In this document: in pieces, positions 11,660 to 24,574 of the stretch
How positions within the stretch are numbered: the stretch's first letter is position 1
Layout of the letters: each line of letters starts with the position of its first letter
Assembly: GCA_964016885.1 (NCBI GenBank)
Contig: OZ024740.1
Location: 310,868,001 to 310,932,000, forward strand
Length of the DNA: 64,000 nucleotides
Direction of reading: 5' to 3'
DNA from: Eledone cirrhosa
Lineage: Eukaryota
The notes under the pieces: model-generated
Told to the model about the DNA's origin: nothing
The model's database searches: none
What the model saw: only the letters and a program-made list of their open reading frames with translations
Program-made: the position numbers and the translations under genes

Positions 11660-14600
11660 TACTAGACTTCCTAGCAGCCAGGTCGAACAGCGCCTTGAAA
11701 CAACTATGCCTGTAAAAAACTTGACACCACCTGTACCATCTAAGTCTACCTCGAATGCTGGGGAAAACACTATCGATAATACTAATAATCGAATAAATGT
11801 AACAGCACGTGTACCATCCGAGTCTACCTCGACTGTTGTGGAAAATACTATCGATAATGATAATCAAAAGTACAAACAATTGAAAATTTCCCTCAACGAA
11901 ATCTTCCAGAGAGAAATTAACTCATGTATAAATATCTCTCTTGCTGAACTCGTGTATAAATATCTCTCTTGTTAAAACGACAATGTTGAATAAAAAACCA
12001 AATAATGAAATACTACGTGTTATTGACGAAATAGGGGATGAATATTTACGACGGATAAAAACCTCAACATTTTGGCAAATCAACGCCTGTTTATATACCC
12101 TAGCAACGACAGTGAAGCATTATCTTGGTGATAGCAAAGATATTAACAAGAACAAAACAACACCCAAAATACCATCATATATAACTAAAATAGAAAAAAA
12201 GATTGCTGACCTACGAGAAAACATAGGATATGTGACAATGCTCCTTACATGCAAACAAACACAGACAAACCTCACTCCTCACCAACAAAGAGTGAAAAAT
12301 AAAATAGAGACGATGTTTGGTAACAGTAGAACCAGAACTCTCCAATATAAGCTGATCACCCTCAAACAAGGATTGAGAGCTGTTAGCGAAAAACGCCGAT
12401 ACCTGAAGAAGGTAGATGAGAGAAAAGTGGTTAATAAAAGATTCAGACGAAACCAAACAGCAGTCTATAGAGATATGAAGGGCAAAATAATAAGTGTCAC
12501 TGAGGCCCCATCCCAGAAAGACATAGATTCCTTTTGGAGAAAAATATAGGTTGAAAAGAAGAATTTCAACCAAGATGCAATGTGGCTAAGAGAAATTCGA
12601 AAGAACTATTGCTCCTACACTACAACAAAAACATACGAGATAAGTGAGGGTTCCCTTGAGACTGTGATAGGAAAACTCCAAGATAAGAAAGCACCAGGAA
12701 GAGACATGATTGTCGGCTACTGTTAAAAAAAACTGATATTCTATCGGAGGTATCTTACTGACCTCTACCAACAAGTTCTTAAGGGAGATACACTTATACT
12801 AGAATGGTTGACATTAGCACAAACATTACTGGTCCCCAAGAGCAAAGACACCCACTTGGCAAAAAGCTACCGTCCCATTGCATGCCAGAACCTGATGTAT
12901 AAGATGTATACAGCCTGCCTGAACCTATTCCTCCAAGATCACTGTGAAAATAATAACATCATCACAGATGAACAAGCAGCTGGAAAGAAAGGGGTTTGGG
13001 GATGTGCTGAACAACTCCTAATCAACAAAACTGCGATGTCGGAAGTGCCACAACTTAAGAGGAATATGGCTACAGTCTGGCTGGACTACAGGAGAGCTTT
13101 CGATTCTGTTCCCCACTCTTGGATGATAGATGCCCTCCAACTTGCTACAGTCCCAGAAATTATTGTCAGAGCCATAGAGAGGCTGTCTTCTTCTTGGGCT
13201 TCTATCCTCAGGTTAAAGACAGAGAGGGAGGACTCTATTTTCACTGATAAAATAAAATATCGCAGGGGTATATTTCAGGGAGACAGACTCTCTGTGATAT
13301 TATTCATCTTGTCATTAGACACCTTGTCCTTTCTGCTCAGGAAATGTGAGGGATAAATCATTGGCTCACAGGAGGACAGAAATACGAACCTAACCCATAA
13401 TTTCTTTGTGGATGATCTGAAACTCTATGCCAAGAACATGGATGGGATGAAGAAAAATCTTGACCTGGTTACAACGTTCTCAAAGGATATAGGAATGGAG
13501 TTTGGCCAAGATAAATGCTCATACATGACTGTAAAGCGGGGAAAAGCAAAAACCCAATCTAGCAACATTGTCATCAATGGTCTAACTGTTTCACCGTTAT
13601 CTGATGAGGACTGCTACAGATACCTGGGGATAGATGAGAACACAACCTATAATGGTATCTGTAATAAAGAACGCGTAACCAGGGAATAATACGCCCGATT
13701 AAGAAAGATCTGGTCATCGGAACTCTCTGTGGATAGACACAGCAAAACAGTGGCTCACAATGTGTTTGCTGTGCCTATCATAACACCAACGTTTGGCATA
13801 CTCAATTGGACGATAGACGAAATCCGAGCAGTGATGCTGGAATTCGAAAAATACTGAACAACACCGGAAACTTCCACATCAACAGCGACATAGACCACCT
13901 TTACTTGAAACGTAAGCAGGGAGGCAGAGGCCTAACATCAGTCCAGACAACATTTGAATATCGTATCATATCTCTCCGACAACATCTACGAACCTCGAAG
14001 CGTAGGAGCCCGTTTTTCGAGCAATTCTATCTGCATGAAACAAATAAGATCATGAGAGTTGGGAAGGAACTCCTTGAGAGATATTCCCTGTGAGATAATC
14101 AAAAACTCACACCCAGGGATGTCGCTCAGCAGTATCGCAGTGAATCCATGGATGAAAACTGCATGCCTATCAGCAAAAAATCATGCATGCATATGTTGCC
14201 AGGAAGCTCCAGAGTGAGAGTAATATAGATAAGGAAAGTAGTCTATCTTGGACTAACAACCGCTATATTGGCTCCCACTTTGAAGGATACGCTTTTGCAA
14301 TCCAGGAACAGGAGATCAGCACGAAATACCTGATTCACAAAAGAGATAGGGATGCAGGCAAAACACCTAGATGTGATAACAAGTGCAGACTCTGTAGAAC
14401 TAAGATCGAGGATATCACCCAGTTGTCCAAAGATGTCATCGCGGTACTATCTACCTATGAGGCATGATGTAGTGGCCAAAACACTGTACAGTGCAGTTCG
14501 TAAAAAAGATAGCCTCGACAAAAAACACATTAAAAGCTACAACAATGTGGAAGACATCCATGTACATAATATGAAAGAGTACTGGTGGAATGTTCCAGTA

Positions 14601-15190
14601 AAAACCCCAATAAAATGCAGGCATAACAGACCAGATATTATGATATGGGACAGGGAGAAGAAAACATGCACAGTAGTGGAAATTAGCTGCCCAGCAGATG
14701 CCAATAAAATATCAAAGATTAGTGAAAAGGAGAATATTTATGCAGAACTGATGAGAAATCTGCAGATACTCCACCCTGATTACACCTTCAGATTTATGCC
14801 TGTGATTATTAGGGCACTGGGATATGTTAGTAACTGCCTCAATACAAATCTTGAGAAGCTAGGCTTCACAGGAACAGAAAAAACACAACTAGTTAGGAAA
14901 TTACAAGTACAATCCATTAATGGAACAGTAAAAATATGTAAAACTTCCAAACATTTTGCATCTAATAACTGCATATACACGTACAGACACAAAGCATATA
15001 CGCATGCAGACATACAACTCAAAACATACACATCCACACATACAATAACATCCATATCTACATATGCATGCATACATATATATCTACCTAATTGATGTGT
15101 AAATTCCAATGAGATAGTATTGTGTCTATGTTAGAAACCGACTCTCTCTCTATTGGTAAAACTTTGTGAAATTATAAAACCAGAAGAGCA
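11660..15190 (+). mobile_element. R4/Dong-clade retrotransposon copy B, longest copy, pseudogenised
   Basis: YRPIAC, WLDYRRAFDSVPH, GIFQGDRLS, FVDDLKLY, CCHC, NRPDIMIWD..VVEISCP; 3' UTR ends in (CATA)n. Confidence 0.93.
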
Positions 15191-15200
15191 TACATACATA

Positions 15201-17912
15201 AAGTGCTTAATAAAATATTCAGACGAAACCAAACATCAAAAGTGCTTAATAAAATATTCAGACGAAACCAAACATCAGTCTATAGAGATATGAAGGGCAA
15301 AATAATAAGTGTCACTGAGGCCCCATCCCAGAAAGACATAGATTCCTTTTGGAGCAAAATATGGGTTGAAAAGAAAAATTTCAACCAAGATGCAATGTGG
15401 CTAAGAGAAATCCGAAAGAACTATTGCTCCTACACTACAACAAAAACATACGAGATAAGTGAGGGTTCCCTTGAGACTGTGATAGGAAAACTCCAAGATA
15501 AGAAAGCACCAGGAAGAGACATGATTGTCGGCTACTGGTAAAAAAACTGATATTCTATCGGAGGTATCTTACTGACCTCTACCAACAAGTTCTTAAGGGA
15601 TATACACTTATACTAGAATGGTTGACATTAGCACAAACATTACTGGCCCCCAAGAGCAAAGACACCCACTTGGCAAAAAGCTACCGTCCCATTGCATGCC
15701 AGAACCTGATGTATAAGATGTATACAGCCTGCCTGAACCTATTCCTCCAAGATCACTGTGAAAATAATAACATCATCACAGATGAACAAGCAGCTGGAAA
15801 GAAAGGGGTTTGGGGATGTGCTGAACAACTCCTAATCAACAAAACTACGATGTCGGAAGTGCGACAACTTAGGAGGAATATGGCTACAGTCTGGCTGGAC
15901 TACAGGAAAGCTTTCGATTCTGTTCCCTACTCTTTTGATGATAGAGGCCCTCCAACTTGCTAAAGTCCCAGACATTATCGTCAGAGCCATGGAGAGGCTG
16001 TCTTCTTCTTGGGCTACTATCCTCAGGTTAAAGACAGAGAGGGAGGACTCTATTTTCACTGATAAAATAAAATATTGCAGGGGTATATTTCAGGAGGACA
16101 GTCTCTCTGTGATATTATTCATCTTGTCATTAAACCCATTGTCCTTTCTGCTCAAGAAATGTGAGGGATACATCATTGGCTCACAGGCGGACAGAAATAC
16201 GAACCTAACCCATAATTTCTTTGTGGACAATCTGAAACTCTATGCCAAGAACATGGATGGGATGGAGAAAAGTTTTGACCTGGTTACAACGTTCTCAAAG
16301 GATATAGGAATGGAGTTTGGCCAAGATAAATGCTCATACATGATTGTAAAGCGGGGAAAAGCAACAACCCAATCTAGCAACATTGTCATCAATGGCCTAA
16401 CTGTTTCACCGTTATCTGATGAGGACTGCTACAGATACCTGGGGATAGATGAGAACACAACCTATAATGGTATCTGTAATAAAGAACGCGTAACCAGGGA
16501 ATACTACACCCGATTAAGAAAGATCTGATCATCGGAACTCTCTGCGCAAAACAAAACAGTGGCTCACAATGTGTTTCCACATCAACAGTGACATAGACCG
16601 CCTTTACTTGAAACGTAAGCAGGGAGGCCGAGGCTAACATCAGTCCAGACAGAATGTGAATGTCGTATCATATCTCTCCGACAACATCTACGAACCTCGA
16701 AGCGTAGGAGCCCTTTTCTCGAGCAATTCTATCTGCATGAAACAGATAAGATCATGAGAGTTGGGAAGGAACTCCTCGAGAGATATTCCCTGTGTAATAA
16801 TCAAAGCTCACACCCAGGGAAGTCGCTCAGCAGTATCGCAGTGAATCCATGGATGAAAAACTGCATGCTTCTCAGCCAAAAATCATGCATGGATATGTTG
16901 CCAGGAAGCTCCAGAGTGAGAGTAATATAGATATGGAAAGTAGTCTATCTTGGATAACAACAGCTATATTGGCTCACACTTTGAAGGATACGATTTTGCA
17001 ATCCAAGAACAGGAGATTAACACGAAATACCTGATTCACAAAAGAGATAGGGGTGCAGGTAAAACACCTAGATGTGATAATAAGTGCATACCTGCAGAAC
17101 TAAGATCGAGGATATCACCCATGTCATCATCAGCTGTCCAAAGATGTCATCGCGATACTATCTACCTATGAGGCATAATGTAGTGGCCAAAACACTGTAC
17201 AATGCAGTTCGTAAAAGAGGTAGCCCGCATAATAAACACATTAAAAGCTACAACAATGTGGAAGACATCCATGTACATAATATGAAAGAGTGCTGGTGGA
17301 ATGTTCCAGTAAAAGACCTCAATAAAATGCAGGCATTACAGACCAAATATTATGATATGGGACGGGGAGAAGAAAGCATGCACAGTAGTGGAAATTAGCT
17401 GCCCAGCAGATGCCAATATAATATCAAACATTAGGGAAAAAGAGAATATTTATGCAGAACTGATGAGAAATCTGCAGATACTCCACCCTGATTACACCTT
17501 TAGATTTATGGCTGTGATTTAGGGCACTGGGGTATGTTAGTAACTGCCTCAATACAAATCTTGAGAAGCTAGGCTTCACAGGAACAGAAAGAACACAACT
17601 AGTTAGTAAATTACAAGTACAATCCAGTAAAAATATGTAAAACATTCCAAAAATGTTGCATCTAATAACTGTATCTAATAACTAGTATCTGCACATGTAC
17701 AGATACAAAGCATATACACATGCACACATACAACTCAAGACATACACATCCACATATACAATAACATCCATATTTATACATGCATGCAGAAATGCTTACA
17801 TATCTACCTAGCTGATGTTGTGTAAATTCCAATGAGAGAGTCTTGTGTCTATATTAGAAACCGACTCTCTCTGTATTGGGAAAACATTTTTGAAATTATA
17901 AAACCAGAATAA
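15201..17912 (+). mobile_element. R4/Dong-clade copy C, 5'-truncated with a short 5' duplication
   Basis: highly similar to copy B from about 12423; internal deletion near 16577; ends in long (CATA)n. Confidence 0.93.
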
Positions 17913-18220
17913 CATACATACATACATACAAACATACATACATACATACATACATACATACATACATACATACATACATACATACATACATACATACATG
18001 GTCAGCTCGTCTCTGGGCATAACCACTTCTTAGAAAAAAAACAGATATTGGTAAAATCGTTTCATTGGTGTCTCCTTAGACGGCTCATCAAACCAGGAAG
18101 TGACTTACATGTCATACCCTATAGTGTGCAGGTAAGTTTCCCGCTTGCTTGAGTTTGATTGGTGTGGAATGCTTGTGAGACCGTATTAACTCAACTGCAG
18201 TGAAACATTTTGTTATAGAC

Positions 18221-18562
18221 CAGCGGTCGCCAACCTTTCGGGCCTCACAGACCACTAAATGTATAATCTTAAATACCGCGGACCACTAATATGAATTTTT
18301 TAAAAAAGAAAAATACATTTGTAAAATGATGATATGAGAACTTCTATTTTATTAAACAATACTGAAGTGTACATGTGTCATATTGTTGATAGATGATACA
18401 TATGACTAAAGTTCTTTACTGAGGATAAACATTTTTTAAGGGTGTTATAAAATATATTTTAACCAAATATTATTTTTGTTTTATTATTAATTACATAAAA
18501 ATTACATAAAAATTACAAATGATGTCCAAATTTTTCTGCGAACCACCGGTTGGCGACCACTG
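18221..18562. mobile_element. hAT (Charlie-like) MITE
   Basis: TIRs CAGCGGTCGCCAACC / GGTTGGCGACCACTG; 8-bp TSD TTATAGAC / TTATAGAA. Confidence 0.88.
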
Positions 18563-18799
18563 TTATAGAAGACACATACAAAGTCAATGCATATGGACTA
18601 CTCGCAGATTCATTTCCATGAGTATGGTAAAAGTCCCTTTCAAATCCCGTTCTGGGAACGGAATAACATTCCCTATATACTTAGCTGTTCGTTTCATTTC
18701 AACAAAGCCCTTCCGCTTCATTCGGATTTCTTATAATCAGATTTCGCCAAAGGGGAATATTTCTTTATATTTCGGTCATTCTATAGATTGTCATTAAAA

Positions 18800-19275
18800 C
18801 GCTTGTGCTGCTTGCAACAGTTCTGTGACCTGTCCTACGGAGACGCTGTTTCATGATGATGGTATCTATGCTTGGCAGACAGGTTCATTGCGACACATCA
18901 GTACCTTGTTTATGAGACCTCCATGATATCTTCGGGATGGAATGCTATATACCCACAATATGTTGTCAAAGTTTACAGCACATATGCTTGATATACTTCA
19001 GCTTCTCCAGCATATCAATAGCACAGAAACTTTAGTCAGCCGTTAGCAGAACTCTTCATCAAGAGTGCTGGTCCTGGAGAAAGTACTACCCAGGTAGACG
19101 AATTTATCCACAACCATCAATATTTTACCTTTGATAGATATGGATGATTGAATTATATGGATTGTCAACTCAAACTCTTCACTTATTGCTGAGAAGCAGT
19201 CAATCAGAAACTGAAGGTCTTCTTCCATGTGGCTAACAAGATCACAGTTCTCTGCATAAGGTAGATCAATTATCA
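18800..19275 (-). pseudogene. RTE-clade reverse transcriptase fragment
   Basis: YAENCDLVSH (decayed YADD), EEDLQFLIDCF, VDKFVYLGST. Confidence 0.8.
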
Positions 19276-19394
19276 GTGCAGTAAATATTTGTGTTGCAGC
19301 AAGTAATCGACCGATGTGTTGTACGGTAATGTATATATATGACAGCCACGGTGTTGCTGAATGATTTTAACAATACAACTGCAAAGCAGATGTG

Positions 19395-19510
19395 TTCCAG
19401 AAACAAGAGATTCCAACCAAGTACCTACTCCACAAAAGAAGACGGTCACCAATTGACAATAAATGTAGGCTGTGCAAAACAAAGACCGGAGATGTTAGCC
19501 TCATTATTGT
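19395..19510 (+). pseudogene. short R4/Dong CCHC-region fragment
   Basis: reads QEIPTKYLLHKR..DNKCRLCKTK, homologous to copy B. Confidence 0.65.
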
Positions 19511-19559
19511 TAACTGTGAATGAATGTCATCTCATTACAACCCCATATAAGGCATGGTA

Positions 19560-20340
19560 TGATAGCTGGAATAAATTGGAACGCAGGATTCATTTACAGG
19601 TTTTAACATCTCGGGCCGAATTTCATCCTACCCCCAGCAGTTTTGTTACAATTGAAATCTTTAATTGCTCTTGTGACCTCAGCCTCGGAAACAAGATGCA
19701 CCTCTTGTATATTAGAAAATGCTTTTAATATAGGGTTAAGGTGATAAGTAAAGTATTCTCTTCACCTCGCGAAGATGCACCTCTTTCAAGGGAGAAGAAC
19801 CCCAGACGCGTTCATGATAGCAACTGGGTTTGTGAGTTTCTTTGTCTTTAGGTAGTGCCAAGCTGCAGATTAGATGGTGATCAGCAGATAGTTCAGCCCC
19901 AAAATCCAACACGGATTCGAAGACATCAGAGGCAATAACAAAATCAATTATTGATGTCTGTCCTTGATTACCCTTATACCATGCATGTTTATGGATGTCT
20001 CTGTACTGGAAGGTATACATAATAGGGAACACATTGCTATACATTCCAATCGCCATTCATTCCAATCACTCCTTACCATCTGAGGTAGCCAGTGCCAACA
20101 TGTGCATTGAAGTCTTCCATTAGGATATATGACTCAGTCTTAACTACATCTAACACTGCAGTTCATTAAAGGAGGGCCTATAATCGGAGCACCACCCACT
20201 AAGAACTATTTTTCAGGCTCAACTTCAGATGGCAAACCTCCCTCCTAATAGTATCCAGTCCATAACATATTCTGACTACCGGAAGCCTGTGAGATTCCGC
20301 ACTCCCCTCTGTGCAGTCATTTCTGGTCCTACACCTCAAT
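19560..20340 (-). pseudogene. RTE-type apurinic endonuclease fragment
   Basis: EDFNAHVG, SIIDFVIASD, LSADHHL motifs across frameshifts. Confidence 0.75.
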
Positions 20341-20543
20341 ACTGCGGTTAAACATCAATAGGACCGGAGTCTAATGAATAAAACCTGTAAAAGACACATG
20401 CTAGAAAGTTAGAGAGAGGGATCTCTATATAAATATAATAAAATGTTACAGTATCGTGAGAGAGAATAGAGATATGAATTTCGATGCTAAAATCGTACTC
20501 ATACCCATTCGCGGTTCTTTATTAAATCCTTTATTTTCTTGTA

Positions 20544-20587
20544 AGCCTCTGGGGAGCCCAACTTCGGCGTAACATCTGTAAGAGCTT
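20544..20587 (+). ncRNA. degenerate hammerhead-like motif
   Basis: CTGGGGA-GCC caacttc GGC-GTAAC-ATCT-GTA; two core substitutions; followed by AATAAA and (TA)n. Confidence 0.4.
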
Positions 20588-20722
20588 CTTATGAATAAAT
20601 GTTAACGGGTTGCTTCTCTTTCATCAATTTCTTCGATTATATATATATATATACATACATACACACACACATATATATATATACATACATACACACACAC
20701 ACATATATATCTATCTATCTAT

Positions 20723-21021
<299 letters not shown>

Positions 21022-21032
21022 ATTAGGCGATA

Positions 21033-21143
21033 CCCGCTGATGAATCCACATGCGCTGATTATGTATTGTTGCATAATATATGCAGACAGAGGGTGCAGTG
21101 CACCCTACTGCTGCATTAAGTGAGACCGAAACTCGAGTCCGGG
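21033..21143 (+). ncRNA. type I hammerhead ribozyme motif with branched stem II insert
   Basis: CCCG-CTGATGA-[84 nt]-GAAAC-TCGA-GTC-CGGG; palindromic stem III ACTCGAGT; base of stem II imperfect. Confidence 0.75.
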
Positions 21144-21281
21144 AACTAATATAGGCACCCGTTTACGTGTGTTGTATTGAAGCGAATAACTATGTGTATA
21201 CTCTGGAATGTACTACTATCTATTGAGTACGCTGAAATACAACCGGTCCTGGCATTGTTAAATATGTTGAGTCTGTCAACT

Positions 21282-21362
<81 letters not shown>

Positions 21363-22060
21363 TATATATTTATATATGTATAAGTATGCTTTGAAACAGC
21401 GAGCAAGTTTGAAATTAGAAATGGAAAAAGATGAGTATTCCATTTCTTACTCCGCTATCAGGCTAAAATTCAGTAAAAAAAATACGGTGAAAGATTCCAT
21501 ATATATATATAAGATGTAGAAAATCACTTCAAATGCAATCAGATGGTATAAAATAATTTATAAAATTTGGGTAAAGACATTAAGAAACGGGATATGTTTT
21601 ATAAGCTATCTTATAGCAATTTATTGTTGTTTTCTACGCTTTAGTTTCCTACCTCTTCTATAAATATATTCCTCGGTGTTTCGTAGGTTTGAGAGTATAT
21701 ATACATATATATATACATCAGTATAATGCCAAATATATTATACATACATTCCTGTATACATCGCTATTTCAGAGCACCAATCCTAATATTTTTTGCTGGA
21801 CCGGCAATCGCCCTGTATAATCAGCTCCTGATTATTACTGGAATTCTATAAGAATCCAGCTTCTATAATTTTCAGTGGAAGCGGGGTGCGTGGCTCTGAT
21901 AATCGCCAACCAGTGTGTAACAGACGGTTAGCTTCTCTCTCTTCTTTCGCCGAAAAGAAGTAAGTGACATAGTCACTGCTTTAAAACCGATAGTGTATTG
22001 TCTTCTAAATGTTTTTAATTAAACATACGGTATATTGCCAAATATACTATACATACAATC

Positions 22061-22106
<46 letters not shown>

Positions 22107-22132
22107 CAGTAACTACATCTTCAGTAACTACT

Positions 22133-22350
22133 GAGTCGCAGGTTTTATATCGGAGTTATCCCAGTTTCCTGAGTTGCCATTCAGATTATATCTACTGGCG
22201 CTCAGAGAGTGGGATTGGCTCAGAGCACAGTCTTTCCTCACTTTAAAAAATATCTTCACGCACAGGCATTGCACGATAGAATTAATTAATAATTATTAAT
22301 AATGGTATATCGTGCAATGGCCATACTCGATAACGAGGGGACAGCCATCA
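22133..22350 (+). mobile_element. truncated RTE-like short element with inverted 5' segment
   Basis: 22183-22350 matches 23948-24115; 22133-22181 is the reverse complement of about 23867-23913. Confidence 0.8.
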
Positions 22351-23123
22351 TGTATATATGTACATAGGTTTTTCATAAATCATCTTTGCAATTTGAAAAA
22401 TTCAGAAGAACTTAAAAGACTTCTATCGTGTTTATTAGAAAAGATGCATTAACAAATACAGTTTTATTAAAACATCAAAACACTTTGATTATATTTTTTA
22501 ACATGCACAGAAGTATACTGATCGATCGTAGCGTTAATAGAATATGGAATATGTAAAGTTAATTGATGGACATATTGTCTATTTATGTATGATAACCCTG
22601 CTCAATTTGTAATTATTTCTAGCAATTAAATGGCATTATGAATATTTATAACATATTTATATCGATTTATAGAACATATTAATATCGATTTATATGTTTT
22701 TAAAAAATATATACTTATTACAGAACTTCACACGTGTAGAAGAAGTGCGAAAACAATAGAAATAGGTGTTCTGTATTTTTTCAATCTTTTCTTAAGATCT
22801 TCAGATTTTAACAAAATATATTATATTATATATGCCATGTATGGATTATATGTATATAATTGGCACTGTATAGACTTATATATATAAATATATATGTATA
22901 TATAAATATATGTATATGTGTGTGTAAGTATGCACACGTACACACACATATATATATATATATAAATACACACACACATATATACATATACTTATGCACG
23001 TGTGGGTTATATCGGAGATTAATAATAATGCTCGATTCGTTTGTAAACAAAAGGCCCGATTTTTAGCTGTGCCGTGCCGGTGACCGATCGACGCCTGTTT
23101 GTTCAACACTGGCTTTGAGGAAT

Positions 23124-23162
23124 AATCAACATGTTTCTGTGTCATTACCCTTCATCAGGACT
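23124..23162 (-). ncRNA. minimal type I hammerhead ribozyme motif
   Basis: minus strand AGTC-CTGATGA-agggtaatgacaca-GAAAC-AT-GTT-GATT; palindromic AACATGTT; stem II partly decayed. Confidence 0.65.
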
Positions 23163-23356
23163 GTATACTCAGCCAGTCTGTTGAACGGTTGAAAATATAG
23201 AGTATTTTTCTTAAATACACATCAGCTGAGTAACTTCATTTGCATACCGAGCGAAATACAGTTGGCCTTGCCGAATATTAAAGATAAAATTATAATTTTA
23301 TTTCTCGCCGTAGCAGTGCTGATACATAATATAAGTATGCCCACGTACATATATAT

Positions 23357-23562
<206 letters not shown>

Positions 23563-23564
<2 letters not shown>

Positions 23565-24109
23565 TCGGGTTACTCTTGAGTGTTACTGGTAACATGTAGC
23601 CCAGTACAACTTCTCGCATGGCCGGGTAGTCGGCGACTAAACCGGCAACACTACCAAGTTTACTTGGTGAGGAGGGGGCTCTGGACACCCTGCAGGACAA
23701 AAATGATAACTTGACAAAAACTCATGAAAATCAACGGCCCTCCAATAATGTATAAATATGTACATACATGTATGCATGTGCATGTATATGCACGGGGGAA
23801 TAAAAATATAGGGCTGGATACCCGATCGCGCTGTTAAAGCTTTTGTCAGGGCATTCTTCTAGGAGAAGGCAACTCAAGAAACTGGGATAACTCTGACATA
23901 AAACCTGCGGCTCTGTAGTTAACGATAATGTCGATCTTTTCTTCTTTTCGGGTTATAGCTACTGGCGCTCAGAGAGTGGGATTAACTCAGTGTACAGTCT
24001 TTCCTCACTTTAAAAAAATCTTCACGCTCAGGCATTGCGCGATGGCATTAATTTATAAGTATTAATAATGTTATATCGTGCAATGGCCATACTCGATAAC
24101 GAGGGGGCA

Positions 24110-24116
<7 letters not shown>
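23563..24116 (+). mobile_element. non-coding short retroelement, probably RTE-derived
   Basis: homologous to 9407-10010 and 22133-22350; sits between (GT)n and (TA)n. Confidence 0.7.
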
Positions 24117-24173
<57 letters not shown>

Positions 24174-24418
24174 CTCAATAACATTTTACTAATTAATCTT
24201 ACTCTATCTTCTAAAATACGTTAATAATGTTAAACCCTAATGGTTAACATAGGGTTAACGCTCAAGACGTAGAGATAATTGTTGTTAATAATCAGTTTAT
24301 TGGTCAAATACATTTTACCAATGAAAATGAAATAGAACGAAAGTATTTCAGGCTGTGGCATTTTGTTATTTAGTCCAAAATATTGAAGTAATACATATAC
24401 GCATTATGTATACACACA

Positions 24419-24566
<148 letters not shown>

Positions 24567-24574
24567 TGTGTGTG

